This document shows, piece by piece, positions 6,195-15,263 of a DNA stretch of 59,602 nucleotides. The DNA comes from Candidatus Moraniibacteriota bacterium (lineage in GTDB: Bacteria; Patescibacteriota; Minisyncoccia; Moranbacterales; UBA1568). The translations under genes were made by a program, and so were the position numbers. Position 1 is the first letter of the stretch, and each line of letters starts with the position of its first letter. The notes beneath the pieces are model-generated. The model saw only the letters and a program-made list of their open reading frames with translations, was not told the DNA's origin and made no database searches. Location of the stretch: contig JAAXXZ010000005.1 in assembly GCA_013334245.1 (NCBI GenBank), positions 1 through 59,602 on the forward strand, written 5' to 3'.

Positions 6195-8870
6195 TTATGA
6201 GGAAATCGAGGAAAGATGCCCGCGGAGTTCTTCGGCTTTGGCATTCGTCTCGTCGAGGATGTTCCTGGTCTGCGCGACGACCGCTTCCGGTGCGCGTTCT
6301 GCGAAGGACGGGTTTCCGAGTTTGGCTTCCAGGGACTTCGCGTATGTCTCGGCTTCAGTGAGTTCCTTCGTGAGGCGGGTGCGTTCCGCGTCGATGTCGA
6401 TGATGTCTTCGAGGGAAATGCTGGCGGAAAGTCGATCGGAAATGATGAGTTCGGCCGATGAACCGTCGAATGATGTTACGATCTCGATTCTTGCGAGGCG
6501 TTCGACGGCCGGATAACTTTCCGAAAGGTCGATGCCCTTGGAAACGAGAGAACCCGTCAGGCGCCTTATCGGGTCGATACGATAGGTTGCCCGGAGATTT
6601 CGAATCTTCGTAACGAGCAATCGGAGTTCGTTGAAGGCGGTTTCCGTGTCGATATCTATATCTTCGGAAATGTCCGGCCAATGAGTGACCATAAGCAGTC
6701 TGTCGTTCCCATGGGTCTCATTGATCGCCTCAGTCACGAATGGGAGGAAGGGGTGCCAGAGTCGGAGAAGGGTGGCGAGGACGTGTCGGAGCACGTCGTC
6801 ATTTTTTTCGACCTTGTGAATTTCGACATACCAGTCTGCGAAATCGTCAACCGTGAAGGAACGGATCGTCTCGATCGCGAGTGAGAAACGACTCTCGGAG
6901 AGATGCTCGGCGGTCTCATTGACGATATGTGAGAGTCGTCCGAGGATGTATCGGTCGGAAAGCGACTTCGGGACAGGGGTTTCGACGGAGGCCATGCTCA
7001 TCGTCGCGACGTAGCGGGAGATATTCCACAGTTTGTTTACGAAATTCCTGGACGTTTCCATCTTCTCCGTCGAGAAGCGGGAGTCGTTTCCGGGAGTGAC
7101 GTCGGAGAGGAGCGCGAGGCGGAGCGCGTCAGTGCCGTATTCCTTCCCGATGTCGATCGGATCGATTCCATTGCCGAGCGACTTGGAGAATTTCCGACCA
7201 TCCTTGTCGCGGAGGATGCCATGAATGTAGACGGTCTTGAAGGGGATCGTATCGAGTGCGTATGTGGTCATGAGGATCATCCGGGCCATCCAGAAAAACA
7301 CGATCTCGTATCCCATCTGCATGAACGTGACGGGATGGAACGTCTTTAAATCGTTCGTTTCCGCATCGGGCCATCCGAGCGTGGAGAATGTCCAGAGTCC
7401 CGAAGAGAACCAAGTATCGAGCGTATCCGGATCCTGTTCCCAACCTTCTCCCTCCGGCGCCTCCACCCCGCAATACATTTCGATTTCTCCCTCCTCATCT
7501 GTTGTCAGTTGTCTGTTGTCAGTTGTCGGTTTTTTATACCAGACGGGGATGCGATGTCCCCACCAGATCTGTCGGGAGATGCACCAGTCGCGGAGGTTGT
7601 CGATCCAGCGGAGGTAGACCTTTTCGAACCGTTCCGGTTGGATCGAGACGCGCCTGTTCCCGTCGCCGCCCAGGCCCGAGGTCACGGCTTCACGCATGAG
7701 GTCCTTGAGTGATTTGTCGCGCCCGGGAATCTCCCGGTTGACCGCGACGAACCACTGTTCCATCGGAAGCACTTCGACGACATCGCCAAAACGGTCGGAC
7801 GTACCGACATTCTGGATGATATCCTCTTCTTTTTCCAATAGGCCGTTTTCACGGAGATACGTGACGAACTTTTCGCGTGCCGAAAGGACGTCGAGTCCCC
7901 GGTATTCCTTTCCGGCATCGAGAGTCATCTTCCCGTCGGCTCCGATGACCTGTACGAGGTTGATTTCGGGGTGCCGTTCGCGGATATCGAAGTCGGTCTG
8001 ACTGTGTGCCGGGGTGACGCCGACTGCGCCCGTTCCGAACGAGGGATCCACTTCCTCGTCCCCGATGACTCGTATGGAAAGCGGTTTCGCCGCTCCGATT
8101 TCGATTTCGAAGATTCTGCCGATGAGGTCCCGGTATCGCGGGTCTTCGGGATGGACGGCAACCGCCGTGTCGCCGAGTTTCGTTTCCGGTCGGGTCGTGG
8201 CGACGGGAATCGGGAAGTCTTTTGAATAACGGAACGTATAGAGTGTGGCAGGCCGTTCGATATGCTCGAGCTCGTCGTCGGAGCAGGTGGACTGTCCCTT
8301 TACCGACCAGTTGACGACCCGATATCCCTTGTAGATAAGGCCGTCGTCGTACATCTTCTTGAACATCGTGTTTACCGCAAGGACACGCGCGTCATCGAAC
8401 GTGTATGCGAATCGCGACCAGTCGCAACTCGATCCCATGGCCCGAACCTGTCTCGTGATGGTGTCTTTGGACTCGTCCGCGAACGTCCGTATCTTTTCAA
8501 GGAGTCGCTCCCGACCGAGTTCCTGACGTGGATTCGTCATGCCCGAAGCGACGAGATTTTTTTCGACGCGCGACTGTGTCGCGACGGCGGCATGATCTGC
8601 GCCGGGAAGAAAAAGGGTCCGCTCACCGCGCATGCGATGATAGCGGGCTACGACGTCCATGATGGAATTTTCCATCGCGTGGCCGAGATGAAGCACCCCG
8701 GTCACGTTCGGTGGCGGCATGAGGATTGAAAACGTCTCGGCGTCCGCTTTCGTAATCCCTTTTTCGATGCAGGTATCGGGGTTGAAAAAACCGCTCTCTT
8801 CCCACTTCCGGTAGAGCCTGTCTTCCCATTCTTTCGGATCGTACGCTTTCGGTATGTCAGTCGGTTCCAT
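6195..8870 (-). CDS. valS: Valine--tRNA ligase
   Basis: PPPNVTGVLHLGHA (HIGH), DWCISRQIWWGHRIP, DTLDTWFSS, KFSKS (KMSKS), C-terminal coiled coil. Real start MEPTDIPKAY at 8870; the 117-aa ORF extension overlaps the upstream gene. Confidence 0.98.
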   Translation of the reverse strand: MEPTDIPKAYDPKEWEDRLYRKWEESGFFNPDTCIEKGITKADAETFSILMPPPNVTGVLHLGHAMENSIMDVVARYHRMRGERTLFLPGADHAAVATQSRVEKNLVASGMTNPRQELGRERLLEKIRTFADESKDTITRQVRAMGSSCDWSRFAYTFDDARVLAVNTMFKKMYDDGLIYKGYRVVNWSVKGQSTCSDDELEHIERPATLYTFRYSKDFPIPVATTRPETKLGDTAVAVHPEDPRYRDLIGRIFEIEIGAAKPLSIRVIGDEEVDPSFGTGAVGVTPAHSQTDFDIRERHPEINLVQVIGADGKMTLDAGKEYRGLDVLSAREKFVTYLRENGLLEKEEDIIQNVGTSDRFGDVVEVLPMEQWFVAVNREIPGRDKSLKDLMREAVTSGLGGDGNRRVSIQPERFEKVYLRWIDNLRDWCISRQIWWGHRIPVWYKKPTTDNRQLTTDEEGEIEMYCGVEAPEGEGWEQDPDTLDTWFSSGLWTFSTLGWPDAETNDLKTFHPVTFMQMGYEIVFFWMARMILMTTYALDTIPFKTVYIHGILRDKDGRKFSKSLGNGIDPIDIGKEYGTDALRLALLSDVTPGNDSRFSTEKMETSRNFVNKLWNISRYVATMSMASVETPVPKSLSDRYILGRLSHIVNETAEHLSESRFSLAIETIRSFTVDDFADWYVEIHKVEKNDDVLRHVLATLLRLWHPFLPFVTEAINETHGNDRLLMVTHWPDISEDIDIDTETAFNELRLLVTKIRNLRATYRIDPIRRLTGSLVSKGIDLSESYPAVERLARIEIVTSFDGSSAELIISDRLSASISLEDIIDIDAERTRLTKELTEAETYAKSLEAKLGNPSFAERAPEAVVAQTRNILDETNAKAEELRGHLSSISS

Positions 8871-8889
8871 AATCCCCAGTCTACGGCCT

Positions 8890-9645
8890 TCAGGGCTTTT
8901 TTTCAAGGGAACCGCCCTTTCTGAGTCTGCTGAAATCGAAGAGAGGGGAGAAGATATCGTTTTCCGGGTCGACAAGGAACTTGGCGCGGTCTTCGTCGGT
9001 CGGTGCGTTTTTATTGAAATTGATGGTCGGCAAGTCGGTGATGACCGCGATGGGAGTGCATTCGCTTCCTTCGCCCATGACGAGGACGGCCGCTGCCGCG
9101 AGCGCGTCGGCGATGTTCGCCTGCTCCATCCGGAGCGGACGGTCGAACAGGTCAGGTGTTCCGCGATAATCCCTGAGGGCGTCGAATCCGTGATACGCGA
9201 TCGAGATGCCCGATGCGCCACGTCGTAACGGGGTCGAATGACTGTCGGTCACGATGACGCCGGCATCGCGCACCCCGAACCGTTCGATGAGATACCGGTG
9301 GATGGAAACCGCCGTCACCCACGAATCTTTCGGAAGCAGGACGTAATGCCCGGCGGCATTCGACTCGTCGATTCCGGCGGCTCCGATGAACGCATGGTGC
9401 GTAATCGCACCGGAAAACCGGGCGTGTCGGTGTTCTATCGGAAGGTAGTAGTTAGCCTCTCTCGTTATCAATTCCTCTCGGTCTTCCGTGAGCGCGGCGG
9501 TTCTTCCCTCGCAGAGCGAAATGATTTTCGAGGATATGGCGAGAATCGAACGGTCGGGGAAACCGGAAAGATGGCGATCCAACAGTGCCGGAATCGAGGT
9601 CGATTCCGGAGTGACGATGTCGGTCTTTACGGGCGTGACGATCAT
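8890..9645 (-). CDS. CofE-like gamma-glutamyl ligase (F420-0:glutamate ligase / putative folate gamma-glutamate ligase family)
   Basis: SKIISLCEGR, GIDESN, GVIVTDS...PLRRG, DLFDRPL, NIADALAAAAVLVMGEG.E.TPIAVI. Confidence 0.85.
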   Translation of the reverse strand: MIVTPVKTDIVTPESTSIPALLDRHLSGFPDRSILAISSKIISLCEGRTAALTEDREELITREANYYLPIEHRHARFSGAITHHAFIGAAGIDESNAAGHYVLLPKDSWVTAVSIHRYLIERFGVRDAGVIVTDSHSTPLRRGASGISIAYHGFDALRDYRGTPDLFDRPLRMEQANIADALAAAAVLVMGEGSECTPIAVITDLPTINFNKNAPTDEDRAKFLVDPENDIFSPLFDFSRLRKGGSLEKKP

Positions 9646-9792
9646 AGTGTGTTGCGTAACGTATGTCGATTCCGGAAAATCCCCCTCGTTCCCCCTTTTC
9701 CAAATGGGGAAACCTTGGAATAACTTCTCGTTTTGTGGGGAACTTTCTCCCTTTCGTAAAGGGAGTACCCAAAGGGGGAGGGATTTGTCATT

Positions 9793-11121
9793 TTAGGAAA
9801 GCGGAAGATTCGCATCGGGCTCCAGTCCGATCGCGTTTTGTTTCAGATCTTCCCGATCTTCCTTTGAAAGCCGCGTGAAACGGAGGAGGGCGGCCGTGCC
9901 GATCATAGCCGCGTTATCGAGAGAATATTTGAATTCGGGAACGGTGAAAGCGGTGGATGGGAATTCCGTAATCATGGTCGCGAGGGACTCGCGGAGCGCG
10001 ATGTTCGCCGAGACGCCGCCGGCGATGACGAGCGTTGCCGGCGCATATTCTTCGATTGCCCGCCTGGTCTTTGTGGTGAGTACGTCGACAACGGCCTCCT
10101 GGAAGGCATGGCAGATGCCGTTGACGAACGTTTCGTCCCTATTTTCCTCGGCGGTTTTGCGGATCTCATAGAGGACGGCGGTCTTGAGTCCCGAGAATGA
10201 GAAATCGTAATTTCCCGAATCGATCATCGGTCTCGGAAATGTGTGACCCGTTTCGTTATCGGAATTTCGACTTTCGACTTGTGACTCTCGACTTGTGACT
10301 ATCGTGGCACGGGCCGCGACTTCCGGTCCGCCGGGGTAGGGCAGGCCGAGCATCTTTGCTACCTTGTCGAACGCCTCGCCCGCGGCATCATCCTTGGTCC
10401 GGCCGAGTATCTCGTATTCGAAATGACCCCTCATCAGTACGAGTTCGGTGTGTCCGCCGGAGACGACCAAGGCCAGAAGAGGGAAACAAGAATTTCCAAT
10501 TTCCAATTTCCAATTTCCAATGTCGGATTTCACCGTTTTCTCCCTTTCGGAAAGGGAGTACTGAGTCTTCTGGGGCCCGCCTGCAACGCTTTGCGTAGCA
10601 ATGCGGGCAGGGAGGGATTTGTTTCCGTCGGTCGTTTCTGGTTCTTGACTTTCGACCCCGTACAGTCGCGAAGATGCGACCACGGGGCAATCTTTCAACT
10701 TTTTACTTTTGACTTTCGACTCATCTGCGCGAACGAAGTTCGCGTAGATATGCCCCTCGATATGATGAACCCCAAGCAGGGGTTTTTGCCAGACAAGCGC
10801 GAGTGCCTTTGCAGCGGACACGCCCGCGAGGAGTGCGGGGATGAGCCCGGGTCCCTGGGTTACCGCGATAGCGTCGATATCGTCTCGTGAGACGCTGGCT
10901 GCCCGTATCGCCTCGTTGATCACGGGGACGAGGTTTTTCACGTGTTCGCGGGCGGCGAGCGCCGGAACGACTCCTCCGTATTGCCGGTGCAGCTCGATCT
11001 GCGAGGAGACGACCGACGACAGAACGGTTGGAACGCCGTCCTTAAGGGCGACGACCGCTGCCGCGGTATCGTCGCACGAGGTCTCAATCGCGAGGATGAT
11101 AGGAGATCGCTCGGTGTTCAT
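9793..11121 (-). CDS. tsaD: tRNA t6A threonylcarbamoyltransferase with in-frame insertions
   Basis: ILAIETSCDDT, HHIEGH, LVVSGGHT, DDAAGEAFDKVA, FSFSGLKTA, GGVSAN, DNAAMI. At 442 aa it is longer than a typical ~340-aa TsaD. Confidence 0.97.
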   Translation of the reverse strand: MNTERSPIILAIETSCDDTAAAVVALKDGVPTVLSSVVSSQIELHRQYGGVVPALAAREHVKNLVPVINEAIRAASVSRDDIDAIAVTQGPGLIPALLAGVSAAKALALVWQKPLLGVHHIEGHIYANFVRADESKVKSKKLKDCPVVASSRLYGVESQEPETTDGNKSLPARIATQSVAGGPQKTQYSLSEREKTVKSDIGNWKLEIGNSCFPLLALVVSGGHTELVLMRGHFEYEILGRTKDDAAGEAFDKVAKMLGLPYPGGPEVAARATIVTSRESQVESRNSDNETGHTFPRPMIDSGNYDFSFSGLKTAVLYEIRKTAEENRDETFVNGICHAFQEAVVDVLTTKTRRAIEEYAPATLVIAGGVSANIALRESLATMITEFPSTAFTVPEFKYSLDNAAMIGTAALLRFTRLSKEDREDLKQNAIGLEPDANLPLS

Positions 11122-11145
11122 ATCGTGAGATTTTTCTGAAACGGA

Positions 11146-11715
11146 CTACGACCGAATCAGTCCGTTTGTTTTCAGGTAGTCGATCAACTCTTCGAATATC
11201 CGGGTGAAATCATCCGAAAACATGAGGTATTTTTCCTTGGATTGCCTGATGTTCTCTTCCGATAAATTCCAGCGTTCCCAAGAACGGGTATTATGCAGGG
11301 AATGGATGATCGGATCAAGCTTGTCTATCGCGTGGGCGAATCGGGCTTCCGGCGACTCCCGCTTTTCATACTCGTCATGAAGATCGGCATATTTCCCCGC
11401 TATCGCTCGTGGTATATTTTTTCTGAGCATTTCGAACCCTTCGGCCTCCCGCTGCTTCTTTGTTCGTTGCCCTTCCTGGTCATAAATGAATGTATCGCCC
11501 GATTCCACTTCTACGAGGTCGTGATAGAGCAGGAGATCCATGATTCTGGTCCTGTTTAATTCAGGATTCAGCGTGGTGAGAAAATAATCGGCCAGTATCA
11601 TACAACTCCAGCTATGTTCCGCCGAGCTTTCTTTCCGGTCCAAAACATCGATGGCTCGATCCACCTGCTTCAGTCTGTACATGACCAATATTTTCTCGAT
11701 GTCATCCATATACAT
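11146..11715 (-). CDS. HD-domain hydrolase (YfbR/HDDC2-like)
   Basis: ESSAEHSW, LYHDLVEVESGD, EARFAHAIDKLDP. Confidence 0.85.
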   Translation of the reverse strand: MYMDDIEKILVMYRLKQVDRAIDVLDRKESSAEHSWSCMILADYFLTTLNPELNRTRIMDLLLYHDLVEVESGDTFIYDQEGQRTKKQREAEGFEMLRKNIPRAIAGKYADLHDEYEKRESPEARFAHAIDKLDPIIHSLHNTRSWERWNLSEENIRQSKEKYLMFSDDFTRIFEELIDYLKTNGLIRS

Positions 11716-11865
11716 GCGAATGGAGTCGTTACTGTCCTACTCTAAGGGGTATGTGGTGAAATGGCAAACGAAAGACAATCAGAGTCTTGATTTATTCGAA
11801 CATTTCCGATACAGTGTCGGGAGTGGCTGAACGTCACATTTTTTGGTAGTATTTCGTTTTAGAAA

Positions 11866-11937
11866 GGCCCGTTCGTCTAGTGGTTAGGACATCAGGTTTT
11901 CATCCTGGTAACAGGGGTTCGATTCCCCTACGGGCTA
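11866..11937 (+). tRNA. tRNA-Glu(TTC)
   Basis: GGCCCGT-TCGTCTAGTGGTTAGGAC-ATCAGG-TTTTCAT-CCTGG...AGGGG-TTCGATT-CCCCT-ACGGGCT-A. Confidence 0.95.
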
Positions 11938-12155
11938 CGTGGAAACGGAGGCTCCCCATCGAGGGGAGTTTTCGTTTTCCCGTATCGGGGGAATCGAACG
12001 GGCAGAAGCGAGTCTTCGAGCGTAGACGAATGCGAGCGGGCGTAGCATTCGTCTCTGCCCCGGGCTACGAGGCGCCGGCAGGAGCTGAGGACGAAATTCC
12101 CCTACGGGCTACGTGGAAACGGAGGCTCCCCATCGAGGGGAGTTTTTGTTTTCCC
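11922..12155 (+). repeat. ~60-bp direct repeat (tRNA-Glu 3' end plus terminator), period 174 bp
   Basis: ATTCCCCTACGGGCTACGTGGAAACGGAGGCTCCCCATCGAGGGGAGTTTT is identical at 11922 and 12096. Confidence 0.92.
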
Positions 12156-12295
12156 ACAGAGGGGAATCGAATAGTGCAAATTTGGCGCGGACAGAGGCAG
12201 GTCGGGCTGGATAAAGCGAGACGACTACCGGGAAAGGCGGCAATGGATGATACAATGGTAGTGTGGAATAAACCGGTGGATAGCATCGAATTCTT

Positions 12296-13069
12296 ATGAA
12301 AATCACAATTTTGGGAACTGGATCGTTTTATGCGGATAAAGATCGTTCCGGTGCCGCGTATCTGCTGGAGGCTGGCGGAAAGAAATTTCTGATTGATTGT
12401 GGGCCGGGAACGCTGATGAGACTTTCCCAGATCGGGGTCGCGCCGGAAGACATCGATTACGTCTTTCTCTCACATTTCCATGCCGACCATACGAGCGACT
12501 TGTTCGCGTTCCAGATGAGATTCAGGCTCAACGATTTTTTCGGTACAAAAAGGAACGAAAAAATGCCGGTAATATTCGGACCGAATGGGATCAAGCGTTT
12601 TACGAGGAGGCTATCTCATGTGTATCAGCTGTATGCGTTCGAAAACTGGTCGGAGATACGGTACGAGACCATCGGAAGGAAAACGAAACTTGGCAATGTG
12701 GTCGTTTCGGCATATAGGACGAAGCACGTCGCTTTCGGCGTACCTGCCAAGGCGTTCTCGCTGAGATTCGAATGCGAGGGAAAAATATTCGTCTTTTCCG
12801 GGGACAGCGTGAAGGATACCGGGGTCGAAAAAGCGTCCAGAAAGGCGGACTTGTTCATCTGCGACGCTTCCTATGTGAAGGGTAAGGCGAGCGTGGCTCA
12901 TATGGACACGTGGGAGATCGGGGAAATTGCGCAGGCGAACACGGTAAAAAAGGTCGTGTTGACCCATTTCTATCCGAATACGGCAGGATCCGATCTGGTA
13001 AGCGAAGTGAAAGAGAAGTTCACGGGGGAGGTGATCAGAGGGGAAGACCTCATGGAGTTAGACGTGTAA
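12296..13069 (+). CDS. Metallo-beta-lactamase-fold hydrolase (RNase Z/BN-like)
   Basis: ILGTG, LIDCGPG, SHFHADHTSD (HxHxDH), FSGD, AHMDT, LTHFYP. Confidence 0.88.
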   Translation: MKITILGTGSFYADKDRSGAAYLLEAGGKKFLIDCGPGTLMRLSQIGVAPEDIDYVFLSHFHADHTSDLFAFQMRFRLNDFFGTKRNEKMPVIFGPNGIKRFTRRLSHVYQLYAFENWSEIRYETIGRKTKLGNVVVSAYRTKHVAFGVPAKAFSLRFECEGKIFVFSGDSVKDTGVEKASRKADLFICDASYVKGKASVAHMDTWEIGEIAQANTVKKVVLTHFYPNTAGSDLVSEVKEKFTGEVIRGEDLMELDV

Positions 13070-13123
13070 CCTATACGCGCTTGATCTTCTCCGATAGTAG
13101 CATGTTGTTGGAAGGGGAAGCGT

Positions 13124-14413
13124 TTAACCCGCTTCCTTTTCCGTTTCCAGCGAATTCGTTTCCGCAATCCGGGCGTAGAGGCGGGCGCTCGGACGAATGG
13201 TCCGTTTCTGCGTCGCGTAGTCGACGTGAACGAGGCCGAACCGTGGCCAGAAACCCTTATCGAGTTCGAAGTTGTCGAGGAGCGACCAATGGATGTATCC
13301 GCGCACGTCGGCGCCTTCCTGTATCGCACGATGAACGGAAGTGAGCGTCTCGATGAGGAAACGACCGCGCAGTCGGTCGGTTGTGTCCGCGAGGCCGTTT
13401 TCGGTGATGTAGATCGGGAGGCCGTATTGCCTCGCGGCGAGAAGGGCGTCATAGATGGACTCAGGATCGTACTCCCAGGAAATATCGGTGTGGAGGATCG
13501 CGGACTGGTCCCGCGTATCCTTGCCGATGATTTTCTTCTGGTAGTAGTTGAATCCGATGAAATCCTGATATCCCTCGAGCGCATGGACAAGCGAGGTGTT
13601 CCACCACCAGTCGGCGAATCGACGGGCTGCGAGATTCCAGGGCGTCTTTTGCAGGACGACAAAGTGCATGAACTGCTTGGTGATGCCGATCTTTGAATGC
13701 GGCGCGGCCGCTTTCATTTTCGGATAGGCCAACTTGTGGGCTCTCCGGACGTTTTCCAACGCATGAAAGTGCCCGAAGATACTTCTCTTTTCAGGCGGCC
13801 AGAATCCGAGGAGATAGGAGAGGCTTGTATAGATGTCCGGCTCGTTGATGGTGACGTAGAACGTCACGCTCTCTCCGAATTCCCGGGCCATACGTTCGGC
13901 ATATCGCGCGAACCATTCCGGGAATTTCTCCGATGCCGCGCCGCCTTTCTCGGCGACCCAGACGGGGAGCCAGAAATGCCAGATGGTGACGAAGGGTTCG
14001 ATGCCGCGCCTTCGAAGTGATACGACCATGGCCTTGTAATGGTCGATCGCTTCCTGGTCGAAGACTCCTTCTTCCGGCTCGACCCGCGACCATTCGATCG
14101 AGAATCGGTACGTGTTCAGATGGAGTTCCTGAAGGATATCGAAGTCCTCTTCGTATCGATTGAAGTGGTCCGCAGCCGCGCCGGAGAAGTAGTTGTTCGG
14201 ATCGGATGCTTCCTTGGAGAATGCCGGATTGCGTTCCTTTTTGCCGTATCCTCGCCAGGAATCGTGCCAACTTTCCTCGCGTGATTCCTTGGCGCGTTTC
14301 TCGGCGCTTGTCTTCTCCCACTCGGTCCATTCGTTATGCATGTTGCCTTCGACCTGATAGCTCGAGGTCGCGGCGCCCCAGAGGAATCCTTTCGGGAATT
14401 CAAGTTTACCCAT
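13124..14413 (-). CDS. Glycoside hydrolase family 1 (beta-glucosidase-like)
   Basis: FLWGAATSSYQVEG, YRFSIEWSRVEP, TINEP (acid/base), ITENG (nucleophile), WSLLDNFE. Confidence 0.95.
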   Translation of the reverse strand: MGKLEFPKGFLWGAATSSYQVEGNMHNEWTEWEKTSAEKRAKESREESWHDSWRGYGKKERNPAFSKEASDPNNYFSGAAADHFNRYEEDFDILQELHLNTYRFSIEWSRVEPEEGVFDQEAIDHYKAMVVSLRRRGIEPFVTIWHFWLPVWVAEKGGAASEKFPEWFARYAERMAREFGESVTFYVTINEPDIYTSLSYLLGFWPPEKRSIFGHFHALENVRRAHKLAYPKMKAAAPHSKIGITKQFMHFVVLQKTPWNLAARRFADWWWNTSLVHALEGYQDFIGFNYYQKKIIGKDTRDQSAILHTDISWEYDPESIYDALLAARQYGLPIYITENGLADTTDRLRGRFLIETLTSVHRAIQEGADVRGYIHWSLLDNFELDKGFWPRFGLVHVDYATQKRTIRPSARLYARIAETNSLETEKEAG

Positions 14414-14431
14414 ATGTATAATGTGGGATGT

Positions 14432-15181
14432 TTATCGTGAAATATTGAGGAAACGAAGGACGCGGTTTTTATAGAGTCGCACTGTCGATCCCAATATCCA
14501 ATCGTTCCGGTTGGCGGCGACTCCTCCGTAATGCATCACGCTGATGCTGGGGGCGTACGTTATAGTATTGCCGTTCATCCGCACGCGGTCACAAAGGTCA
14601 AGTTCTTCCGCGTAAAGAAAGAACTCCTCATCGAAACCGCTTACTGTTTCGAAAGAAATCTTGTCGATCAGAAACACCGCTCCTGATACCCAGGGTACCT
14701 GTCGATTCTTTGTTTCAACGACGGTTTCACGGATGCCGATAACCGACTTCCAGTAATACAGAATTCCACGCCATCCGCCGTGATCCCAGGCCTGCGTGAC
14801 GCCTTCTGTGGTAATGAGCCTCGGGCCGACAACCTGTGAGCCGGTTTCCTTGATAGCCCGTAGGAGCCGGCCGATTGTACCCGGTTCGATGAACTTCAGG
14901 TCCGGGTTGAGGATGAGAAGGTATTTCGCATCGCCTCGTTTTGCAAGCGCGTTGTGGCCTGCGCCGAATCCGAGGTTCTTGTCGCCCTGGATGATTTCGG
15001 TATTCTTGAGCCACGGAAACCTCTCTGGAATGTCAGAAAGGTCGTCGCCGGACGCGTTATCGAGGATGGCGAAGGAGTACGAAAAATCTGCCTGTTCCAA
15101 TTCTTCCCGAATCGATACGATGCAGTCGATCAGGTATTGCTTGGTCCTGTAATTGACGATTTGGATACGGAGGTCGAGCAT
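14432..15181 (-). CDS. Glycosyltransferase family 2
   Basis: IVNY, LDNASGD, NLGFGAGHN, LILNPD, WVSGAVFL, GFDEEFFLYAEELDLC. Start placed at MLDLRIQ. Confidence 0.92.
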   Translation of the reverse strand: MLDLRIQIVNYRTKQYLIDCIVSIREELEQADFSYSFAILDNASGDDLSDIPERFPWLKNTEIIQGDKNLGFGAGHNALAKRGDAKYLLILNPDLKFIEPGTIGRLLRAIKETGSQVVGPRLITTEGVTQAWDHGGWRGILYYWKSVIGIRETVVETKNRQVPWVSGAVFLIDKISFETVSGFDEEFFLYAEELDLCDRVRMNGNTITYAPSISVMHYGGVAANRNDWILGSTVRLYKNRVLRFLNISR

Positions 15182-15263
15182 AAATGTGTTTCTTCTGATA
15201 TTCTCCCACCCCTCACCCTGCATAGCCAGGGAGCTCCCCTTTGGCAGGGGAGCAGGATACATT

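Noticed and set aside
8871-9221. 117-aa N-terminal extension of ValS
   Set aside because: It is an alternative frame of the overlapping cofE-like gene; ValS similarity begins at MEPTDIPKAY.
10480-10730. Intein or intron in tsaD
   Set aside because: No C/S...HN-C/S/T splice motifs or endonuclease blocks; the insert is in frame and made of short DNA repeats.
12085-12096. Hammerhead ribozyme core (CTGAGGA...GAAA) in the tRNA-Glu insert
   Set aside because: Only 1 nt separates the two motifs, so stem II cannot form.
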